The notes beneath the pieces are model-generated. The model had not been told where the DNA came from, ran no database searches, and was given only the letters and a program-made list of their open reading frames with translations. Positions 56,701 through 64,000 of a stretch of 64,000 nt of DNA are shown one piece after another. Position numbers and translations under genes: made by a program. This stretch comes from Fimbriimonadales bacterium (lineage in GTDB: Bacteria > Armatimonadota > Fimbriimonadia > Fimbriimonadales > ATM1), in NCBI GenBank assembly GCA_041744215.1, contig JBGTLG010000006.1, forward strand, positions 165,632-229,631, written 5' to 3'. The first letter of the stretch is position 1. Each line of letters begins with the position of its first letter.

Positions 56701-58839
56701 GTGTTCAGCACAATTCTTTTTGCACTCGTTGCGCAGTCCGCGCAGCTAAGTTGCCCCATCATGGGCGGTTCTATCGCCGCTGACTCAACCGTTGTCGAAT
56801 ACGCCGGAGCACAGTTCAAATTCTGTTGTCCCGGATGTGACGCGGTATTCAAGAAGGACCCTGCCAAAGCAATCGCTGAGGCCGTCAAGAAGAAGGAGAC
56901 CGTTGGAGTCTTCCTGTTTGATCCCGTCTCTCGCAATCGCTTAGATATCGCAAAAGCCAAGGCGACGTTGGATCACAATGGAATTCGATTCCCATTCGAA
57001 TCGACCGCAAACCGCGACAAGTTTCGCGCTGCGTCTGCGAGGTATGCGTCCGTTCCCGGAAAGGAAGCGCTCTTTTGCCCTGTGATGCAATCGAAAGTCG
57101 CGAGCATTTCGAAGGCCGCAGGCTACGTTGACCACGGTGGAGTTCGCTACTACACTTGCTGTGCAGGATGCAACGCGCCGCTTGCGAAGGAGCCGTCGAA
57201 GTATGCGCCGAACGCAGCTCGACACGTCAAGACCGTTGGCGCCCATCAGGGCGTCAGCGGCAAAGCGGAGGAACCTGTCACTGAAGTTACTGAGATTACG
57301 TCGGTCACTGCAGGCAAGTACAAGATCGAGCTCCTCGTTCCCGAAGACGGAGTCTTCGCCGGTGAGGAGATCGACATTGAGTTCGTCATCGTCGACACTA
57401 CAAAGGAAGACCCTGACCTCGGGTTTCTTGGTGTCGCCAACCTGCGCTCGTCTGCAGTCGTTACGATGCCCAGCATGCCTGGTATGCCGGAAGCCAAGCC
57501 GAACATTCACCGCGAAGGGATTCCTGGATACTACGGTATCGAACTTTTCTTTCCGCACGGTGGTGACTACCGCATCGACTTGACGCTAACTCCTCCTGGC
57601 GAGCAGTCATTCGACATTCACTTCTTGATCGACGTCAAGGATGCGGAAGCGCGAACTGGCGAGCCGCGACCGAAACCGTTTACGCTCTCTGTGATCGATG
57701 GGGCGAAGCCGCAAGCAGGGACGCCTTTCGATTTGCGACTGAAAGTTCATGAAACTAAGACGTCAGGTGTCGTAACGAAATTCGAGATCGTGCATGAAGA
57801 GCGCTTTCACCTTTTGATCGCCTCCGAAGACTTCGGATGGTTCCTTCATGAGCATCCGACCATGAACGAAGATGGTGTCTGGACGCAAAACCTCACGTTT
57901 CCTGCTGGCGGCAAGTACTTCATTTACGGGGATGTTGCGCCGGTCGGAAAAGGGTCGCAAATCCTGATTGCAGAGGTCAACGTCGCGGGTACTCCATTTC
58001 CTGCAGCCGCGCCGTGGGCGCCGACACTCGGACCCAGTAGGGATGGCCAAACTGTAGGCACGCTTGGATTCGTTGACGGCGAACCACCTATTGGGAGAAT
58101 GACAACACTTTCGGTGAAACTAATCGACTCAGGAACGGGACAGCCCATTACCGACTTGCAACAGTGGCTCGGTGCCTGGGGGCACCTGATGATCTTCTCA
58201 CAAGATGGCATGACCGTAGTTCATAGCCATCCTGCGGAAAATGAAGAGACTGATCGCCTGCTAAACGAAGGGATCATTCACTTCACAGGCAGGTTTCCCA
58301 AAGCTGGCCTCTACCGAGCGTTTACGCAATTCAAACGCGGCGGAGAGATCAAGACGCTGTCATTCACGCTGGACGTCGGCCAAACACTCGTTTCGAATAC
58401 TTTTACAAGCACGGGTTTGGGAATGCTCCACGAGGTGCCTTGTCAATACTGCAAACTGATGGTTGTTCAGAACACAGACACGCAAGACAATGAAGTCGTC
58501 CTCCAGTTCGGCAACAAGAGGATCGAGTACCGATGCGTCTACTGCGCGATCGCGGACTCGACCCGTTACAAAGTCGATATCACGATTTATGCCCCAAGCG
58601 AGAAAGTAGGAGAGCCGGTCATTATCTTGCGCAGGGATGGCAAGTGGTCTACGCGGTCCGAAGAAGCAGTCTTCATCAACATGTTTAAGGAGCATCCCCA
58701 GTGCGCAGAGCTCTCCCGTGCTTTCCACACGAAGGAAGCATTTGACGCCTACGTTGCGAAACATGAGATTGAGGACCCGAAGGCGCTTAAGCTTGATCAA
58801 CTCGTCGAAGCGATTCTCAAGCCGAAGGACGGCAAGTGA
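56701..58839 (+). CDS. Secreted multidomain metal-binding protein (2x YHS, YtkA-like, His-motif Ig-like domains, NosL/MerB-like C-terminus)
   Basis: CPIMG...FCCPGC, CPVM...TCCAGC, MPSMPGM, HEERFHL..HEHP, GHLM..HSHP, CQYC...RCVYC. Confidence 0.8.
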   Translation: MFSTILFALVAQSAQLSCPIMGGSIAADSTVVEYAGAQFKFCCPGCDAVFKKDPAKAIAEAVKKKETVGVFLFDPVSRNRLDIAKAKATLDHNGIRFPFESTANRDKFRAASARYASVPGKEALFCPVMQSKVASISKAAGYVDHGGVRYYTCCAGCNAPLAKEPSKYAPNAARHVKTVGAHQGVSGKAEEPVTEVTEITSVTAGKYKIELLVPEDGVFAGEEIDIEFVIVDTTKEDPDLGFLGVANLRSSAVVTMPSMPGMPEAKPNIHREGIPGYYGIELFFPHGGDYRIDLTLTPPGEQSFDIHFLIDVKDAEARTGEPRPKPFTLSVIDGAKPQAGTPFDLRLKVHETKTSGVVTKFEIVHEERFHLLIASEDFGWFLHEHPTMNEDGVWTQNLTFPAGGKYFIYGDVAPVGKGSQILIAEVNVAGTPFPAAAPWAPTLGPSRDGQTVGTLGFVDGEPPIGRMTTLSVKLIDSGTGQPITDLQQWLGAWGHLMIFSQDGMTVVHSHPAENEETDRLLNEGIIHFTGRFPKAGLYRAFTQFKRGGEIKTLSFTLDVGQTLVSNTFTSTGLGMLHEVPCQYCKLMVVQNTDTQDNEVVLQFGNKRIEYRCVYCAIADSTRYKVDITIYAPSEKVGEPVIILRRDGKWSTRSEEAVFINMFKEHPQCAELSRAFHTKEAFDAYVAKHEIEDPKALKLDQLVEAILKPKDGK

Positions 58840-60299
58840 TACTCGCGGCGATTCTCGTTGCGACGCAATTCCCGGCGTGGATGAACAGTCCGCGCCCTAT
58901 GGAGGTGTTCCGGTTGCGCGCTTCGCACAACGACGCTGTCTACAACTTGCCGAGGCTTGCAAGGGATCTCAATGCCGTTGATGTTGGACATGCGACGGCC
59001 TATGAAGCGCTGGTGACGGGCCGCGAGGCTGTTCTTGAAACAGAAGTGTGGGGAAAGATCGCCCATACGCTAAAAAATCCTCCAAGTTTTAAGCCAGACG
59101 AGAAGTCGATCTCGCCCACGTTTACCAAGTTGTTCGGGGAACTTCACCTCGTGTTCGATTGGGCACACGTCTTGCACGCGCAGACGATTGACGTACTGTT
59201 ATCGGGCTTGACCCACTCGCAAATGGAAGCCGAAATCGAGAGACTATGGACTTTCTATCGAACGCGCGCGCCGTACGCCATTAGCGGACTGCCCATGAAC
59301 ATGGAGTTTCTCGACAGCCAACGCTACAGCGGGCACTTCAGAATCAAGTATCCAAAGGTAAACGCGCTCTTTTGGGGATATCACTGGCTCCAGGGCGCGA
59401 TGTATGACATGCTGTACCGCGTTCCGCGCGAGATGTGGGAGCCCTCCTATGACGTCGTAAGATCTCAGTACTTCGAGCGCGAGTTGTGGGACACAAATCG
59501 CGACTTCATGCCGATGTTCGCTGAGCAGAGTCCGCGGTTCGCGGCGAGATTCCCTGAACTTGCGAACGTGTTCGACAATCTGCACATGCTCCACGACATG
59601 GTGAACGACATTCTTGCGGACGAGTCGCTGAATGCAAAGGAAAAACATAGCGAGATCCGCATGGCGATCTTGATGACTTTGCACTCGTCTCACGCCAACT
59701 GCGATCCAGGAGAAGGCGAAGTGATGACTTTGCATGATCATCGCCACATGAACGGAATGCCTGGAATGGGGATGATGGTTGGCGGTACGCCTGAGCTTAT
59801 GTATATGCCGCGCATGGGATGGATGAGCATGGAGGAATGTCACCACTGCAGCATGTTTATGCCGGATCATAACATGAGATGGCGGCGATCGACGGTCAGC
59901 GTAGACGGTTGGACGATGGAAGTGCGGTGTCCCCTGTGTGCACGCGATATGGCCGCGCAGTATCTTGGTCGGGCAATTCTTCGCCTCCCCACCGAAGACC
60001 CAAATCAATTGTTGGTGCTAGTAGGAGATGAAATGGGCAATTACGCATCGTCATTGAAGGATGTGGTTTTTCTCGAAATGGAGGGGGAGCATCCTGAATG
60101 CAACCGCTGGTCGTATGCTTTTACATCGATAAGCGCATTTCGAAGGTACATCGCAGAGAACCCTCAGTACCAAGAAGCCAAACCCTACAGCCTCGAAGAA
60201 TGGTCTGCGTTGGCCGGAAGAAAGCCGGGCACGTATGAGCGCAAGCAAGGGCCGGTCGACAATCCATACAAGAACTGGCACAAAGGTGGCGGGAATTGA
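58836..60299 (+). CDS. Secreted His/Met-rich metalloprotein with NosL/MerB-like C-terminal domain
   Basis: Repeated VFD..HxLH helices, HDHRHMNGMPGMGMM linker, CHHC...RCPLC; GTGA coupling. Confidence 0.75.
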   Translation: MILAAILVATQFPAWMNSPRPMEVFRLRASHNDAVYNLPRLARDLNAVDVGHATAYEALVTGREAVLETEVWGKIAHTLKNPPSFKPDEKSISPTFTKLFGELHLVFDWAHVLHAQTIDVLLSGLTHSQMEAEIERLWTFYRTRAPYAISGLPMNMEFLDSQRYSGHFRIKYPKVNALFWGYHWLQGAMYDMLYRVPREMWEPSYDVVRSQYFERELWDTNRDFMPMFAEQSPRFAARFPELANVFDNLHMLHDMVNDILADESLNAKEKHSEIRMAILMTLHSSHANCDPGEGEVMTLHDHRHMNGMPGMGMMVGGTPELMYMPRMGWMSMEECHHCSMFMPDHNMRWRRSTVSVDGWTMEVRCPLCARDMAAQYLGRAILRLPTEDPNQLLVLVGDEMGNYASSLKDVVFLEMEGEHPECNRWSYAFTSISAFRRYIAENPQYQEAKPYSLEEWSALAGRKPGTYERKQGPVDNPYKNWHKGGGN

Positions 60300-61069
60300 G
60301 ACGCCTGCTTACAGCGATCGCTTTTCTTCCTGTCGCTGCTTTGTCTATCGATCATACAAAACTTGACTTTGGTCGGCCGCTTCAAATCGAAGATGCTCAC
60401 CCACTCGCTCTTGGAGAAATGAAACTCGAGCTCGGCGCAAGCGTGGCGATGTCGGATCACAATCGCTCTTTGTACAGCTTCGAAGTCGAATTCGCATACG
60501 GGATTGCACTCAATACACATATCGAAGTCGGTGTCGAACCGACGGCTGGTGTTCGGGCAGGCAATACGGATCGCGCCGTGGATCTCGGTCCAACCAGCGT
60601 TGGTGTCTTCTTCGGACTGACACGGGAATCGCCGACGACGCCAGCGAGCGCCGTAGCGGTTCGGGCCCATCTCCCAACCGGTCGTATAGGTAGTGCGACT
60701 GATGTTTCAGTAACGGGAATCTTTGGCGGCCAGGCAGGTGGGTTCGGTCGATGGCACACGAATCTAGGAGGAAGCGTTGCGGTAAACAGGCGATCGGGCG
60801 ACCGGTTGGTAACGTTCGCAGGGGGGCTTGGCTATAGTCAGCCGATTGGCCTCCCTTACGACTTTTCCCAAACGTTTGTGTCGGCTATCTCTATAAGACA
60901 ATCCCGTGAGGCGGAAGGCGGCTTGACTGGGACTCTGGGGGTCGGGCTTCGCCGACAAATCGGGATTCGCGATGTGTTAGACGTCGGAGTCGAAACCGAC
61001 GTCTTCGTCACTGGGGCCTCACAGCGCACACCGATTCGACTCATCATCGGTCTGTCTAGATCGTTCTAG
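60296..61069 (+). CDS. Outer-membrane beta-barrel transporter-like protein
   Basis: Signal peptide, RPLQIEDA.P, alternating beta strands, terminal Phe; TTGA coupling. Confidence 0.75.
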   Translation: MRRLLTAIAFLPVAALSIDHTKLDFGRPLQIEDAHPLALGEMKLELGASVAMSDHNRSLYSFEVEFAYGIALNTHIEVGVEPTAGVRAGNTDRAVDLGPTSVGVFFGLTRESPTTPASAVAVRAHLPTGRIGSATDVSVTGIFGGQAGGFGRWHTNLGGSVAVNRRSGDRLVTFAGGLGYSQPIGLPYDFSQTFVSAISIRQSREAEGGLTGTLGVGLRRQIGIRDVLDVGVETDVFVTGASQRTPIRLIIGLSRSF

Positions 61070-61099
61070 CGTTGCCACGGTATCCTATCGAAAACGACA

Positions 61100-61456
61100 T
61101 TGGAACAGGAAGGTCCGAATCACCATAGCGCTGATACTTTTTGCCCCGTCGCCGATTTGCTCCACACACTCTCGGCGAAGTGGATACTTCCAGTCCTGTA
61201 TCAACTGCACTGCGCGGAAGGTCCGATGCGTTTTTGTCAGATTCGAGACGCGCGAGGAAGACTCACTCAAACAGAGTTGACGAAGACACTGCGGGCGTTT
61301 GAGCGACTGGGTATCGTTGAGCGTTCCACGTTTCCAGAGGTGCCGCCTCGTGTTGAATACAAATGCACTCATCTCGGTGAGTCGCTCAAAGAGCCACTCT
61401 GCGGCCTTGCTGACTGGCGGAGGCAGCATCGAGATGATCTGCGGCGGACAGTTTGA
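61100..61456 (+). CDS. HxlR-family winged-helix regulator
   Basis: CPV...L..KW.L.VL, LTKTLR.FE..GIVER, EVPPRVEY. Confidence 0.9.
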   Translation: MEQEGPNHHSADTFCPVADLLHTLSAKWILPVLYQLHCAEGPMRFCQIRDARGRLTQTELTKTLRAFERLGIVERSTFPEVPPRVEYKCTHLGESLKEPLCGLADWRRQHRDDLRRTV

Positions 61457-61484
61457 CTGGTTGCAGGTCAAGTGATTTCGAACC

Positions 61485-62021
61485 ATGACGCAAGCAAAGT
61501 ACATCGCTGAGTATCCCGCGCGCATCGAACGCCTCATTGGGCGACTGACCTCCGCGTGCGAGCGGCTGTCCGATGAGCAATTCAACTCTAAGGGTGAAGG
61601 TTTCGAGTGGAGCCCTGCGCAGATCATCGACCACATGATGATCACGAATCGCGGCTATCTTCCGGTACTCGAAGCCGCGATTCAAAACGGGAAGCGAGGA
61701 GAAGGCGAGCTCAACCATAGCTGGTTTGGAAAGACGCTGGTCAGACTTTCTGGCCCAACCAGCAAGGCGAATGCGCCGAAGTGGTTGACTCCTGGCAACG
61801 GACCATTCACGAGAGGCATCTTGCAAGAATGCGTCGATCAGCATCGCCGGATTGCAGAGATCTCGCGAACATGCGAGGGTATCGACATATCGAGGACTTC
61901 GTTTCGAAATCCGTACGTTCGGCTGTTTAAGATGAACTTGGCCGACGCATTCGAAGCGATTGCTCAACACGCTGAGAGACACATAGGACAGATTGAAGAA
62001 TTCGTGGCTAGCGCTTCCTGA
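61485..62021 (+). CDS. DinB/YfiT family protein
   Basis: WSPAQIIDHM and QHAERHIGQI His triad. Confidence 0.88.
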   Translation: MTQAKYIAEYPARIERLIGRLTSACERLSDEQFNSKGEGFEWSPAQIIDHMMITNRGYLPVLEAAIQNGKRGEGELNHSWFGKTLVRLSGPTSKANAPKWLTPGNGPFTRGILQECVDQHRRIAEISRTCEGIDISRTSFRNPYVRLFKMNLADAFEAIAQHAERHIGQIEEFVASAS

Positions 62022-62784
62022 GCCAGATCCGAGCAGTATGCGAATCCTCGCGCCAATCTTCCGAATAGTGAACGACGTCCAAGTCGCCAGCGAGGCGCAC
62101 GAACTCACCGGGAATCAGGACATATCCATCGGAGCGGGGTTTACCGTACTTCTCGCGGTGAAGCGTCGTGAAAGTCTCCATCACCAAGCTGCCTCCCGGG
62201 TTGAGCGCATCTATCAGCTTTGGGATTAGTGGTCGATGCAAGTAACGGAAGGCGGTGATAAGATCCGATGGAGGTGGCTGATACGATGGCCGTTCGATGT
62301 CAGTAAGTTGCCAGAGAATCTCACTGGCTACCTCCGGCGCATATCGCGTGGCGAGTTGCTGGCCTCGCATGAGAGCCTCCTCCTGCCAATCGAGGGCATT
62401 CACGGTCCATCCGAGGGCGGCCATGGCGACTGCTTCTCGGCCCGCTCCGCAGGCAATGTCTGTAGCACTCCGTGGTTTGAGTTGTGCGAGAACAGTGCAA
62501 AGGAACTCGTTGGGGCTCCACATTCTTAGGGCCAGGGGCTCGTCTGCATACTTCCAATCCTCCCCTCGTTCCGCCCGTCGACCACCGCCTCGAAGATACT
62601 GGAGCGCTTGCTCGACATCGTCGCCCTCGCCTACCACGTAAATGGTTCGAGACTTCTCAGGTAGCTCGTGCAAGCGGTCGGGTAGCTCAGCGAGAGGGAT
62701 GTTGACAGCGCCAAAAATTGGCCGGCCACCGCGGGTGGGATCGAGGAACTGTGTGCTTTCGGGCAGTCCTCGGATTGTGGTCAT
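62008..62784 (-). CDS. Rhodanese-like + class I SAM methyltransferase fusion
   Basis: GAVNIPLAEL rhodanese signature; DIACGAGRE, FRYLHRP, LNPGG; TACACT-5-ATG start at 62784. Confidence 0.8.
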   Translation of the reverse strand: MTTIRGLPESTQFLDPTRGGRPIFGAVNIPLAELPDRLHELPEKSRTIYVVGEGDDVEQALQYLRGGGRRAERGEDWKYADEPLALRMWSPNEFLCTVLAQLKPRSATDIACGAGREAVAMAALGWTVNALDWQEEALMRGQQLATRYAPEVASEILWQLTDIERPSYQPPPSDLITAFRYLHRPLIPKLIDALNPGGSLVMETFTTLHREKYGKPRSDGYVLIPGEFVRLAGDLDVVHYSEDWREDSHTARIWLRKR

Positions 62785-62920
62785 AGCCGAGTGTAGACGA
62801 GGGGGCTCACAACAATCTGCAAACCCGCTCGGCTCAACGAGCGTCAGAATGAACAGCCCGGAAATCCTGCGCGACGCGCAGATATACTGAAACATCCCAT
62901 CGAGGAGGGCAATTGCCGAA

Positions 62921-64000
62921 ATGCGAATAAGCCACTTTTTTGCCGCTGCTTGCGCCGTGATGGCCGCGAGCTCAACGTACCCGATCTCAGGGCCGGTGCC
63001 TCTGGCTTGGAGATTCTGGGCCAGGACCTCAGCGGCGCCGACAGCGAGTCCCGCGCTGACCAATGACTCGCTCATAGTGCCCATCGGCAGACGTGTCTAC
63101 TCTCTTGACGCTGTGTCCGGGTCAGTCAATTGGATGTTTCCTCCTGGCGACGAACCTGACGGAGATTTCACTGCGTCACCCGGGATTGACGGCGATGTCG
63201 CGATCCTGCCCAATGGGAACCGTTTTGTATATGCTGTGAAAGCCAGCGATGGAAGCCGCCTTTGGTCCCACGTCGATACGTCGACCGTGAGAAGGGTGCT
63301 AACGCAATCTGGAGTCGCATACCTCTTCATGACGGACGACCGTATCGTTGCGCTCAACACCCAAACTGGCGCGAAAGTTTGGTCCGCCGACTATATGATC
63401 CGGGATGGGTTCACGGGGATCCCCGTCATCGCGGACGGCAATCTCGTCTTCTTCTCGGGGAGGGGGACGATTGTTGGCGTAAGCACCACGACCCAAAAGG
63501 AAGTGTGGTCGAGGGGTCCGGTGGCCGCGAGCCTCGATGGCAGCCCTGCCGTCTATGGAGGCTACGTTTATCTGGTAACTGGTCAGCAGGTTGTCAGGTT
63601 GAACCCGAGGAGCGGGCAGCCTGTTGGCAGACCGCTGATCGCCCCCGAGCGCCTCGAAGCGGGGGTCGCGGTTACGTCCAAGGGTGGAGCAGTACTAACC
63701 GCTGACAATAAAATGTTTCTCTTCGAATCTGACCTTCGCCAGTGGCGGGGTCAGGCCATCCAACTCAAGGGATACCTTCGCGGCGCACCTCAGGTAATAG
63801 GAGACAACATAGTCACTCGCGCGACGAACGGTGGTTTGTATCTAGTCGATCCTGCCCGAACCGAAAACCCGATCATCTGGGAATACACGACGCTACCCAT
63901 CCCAGGCACTACTCGTGCTGCCGGAGGAGCTGGCGGCGGGGCAGCCGGAGGCGGTGGGCTTGCCGGCGGCGGCGGCGGTGACTCCGTGGGAGGTGCGGCG
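62921..64000 (+). CDS. Secreted PQQ-like (BamB-type) beta-propeller protein, truncated by the window end
   Basis: GAGGAGG SD; MRISHFFAAAC...; repeated VYSLDAVSGSVNW / VYAVKASDGSRLW Trp-docking motifs; absent from the ORF track, presumably because it has no stop in the window. Confidence 0.85.
   Translation, partial: MRISHFFAAACAVMAASSTYPISGPVPLAWRFWARTSAAPTASPALTNDSLIVPIGRRVYSLDAVSGSVNWMFPPGDEPDGDFTASPGIDGDVAILPNGNRFVYAVKASDGSRLWSHVDTSTVRRVLTQSGVAYLFMTDDRIVALNTQTGAKVWSADYMIRDGFTGIPVIADGNLVFFSGRGTIVGVSTTTQKEVWSRGPVAASLDGSPAVYGGYVYLVTGQQVVRLNPRSGQPVGRPLIAPERLEAGVAVTSKGGAVLTADNKMFLFESDLRQWRGQAIQLKGYLRGAPQVIGDNIVTRATNGGLYLVDPARTENPIIWEYTTLPIPGTTRAAGGAGGGAAGGGGLAGGGGGDSVGGAA

Noticed and set aside
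62785-63084. N-terminal extension of the 358-aa methyltransferase ORF
   Set aside because: Overlaps the opposite-strand PQQ-propeller gene starting at 62921; a leaderless start at 62784 fits better
63920-64000. GGC-rich repeats at the window end
   Set aside because: Encode an in-frame Gly/Ala-rich linker of the propeller protein

Overview
A 64-kb, roughly 60% GC bacterial chromosomal window from a diderm organism (lipid A genes, PEP-CTERM protein). Protein style suggests Armatimonadota/Fimbriimonadia, which is inference only. It is mostly housekeeping and envelope genes: a wza-wzc-sugar transferase cluster, rsmI, a SurA-like PPIase, lexA, acnA, an lpxK-lpxL-GT-GT9 operon, tRNA-Leu(TAA), tRNA-Lys(TTT), an addB/addA-like pair, xth, a hydroxyproline dehydratase/reductase pair, an ABC-GNAT-DUF1854-GHL10 operon, an SLC13 permease, prpD and a K+ channel. 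A small accessory zone (about 23.5-29.4 kb) holds an intact IS1182-type element (11-bp TIRs, CTTG duplication) inserted into a hairpin, and two copies of a 63-bp repeat that bracket variable genes. The best candidate for an undescribed system is at 56.2-61.1 kb. There a secreted Cys-rich uORF ends in an RAPP ribosome-arrest motif, and those codons base-pair with the Shine-Dalgarno of a three-gene envelope metal-handling operon (YHS/YtkA/NosL-MerB-like protein, a putative 6-His dimetal protein with a paralogous NosL-MerB-like domain, and a beta-barrel). Other notable signals: a candidate oriC with non-canonical repeats and extreme local strand skew, an apparently nuclease-dead AddAB, pervasive leaderless promoters, two genes lacking canonical start codons, and a candidate novel LexA box. 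No CRISPR array or rRNA was seen. All calls are by eye; no searches were run.
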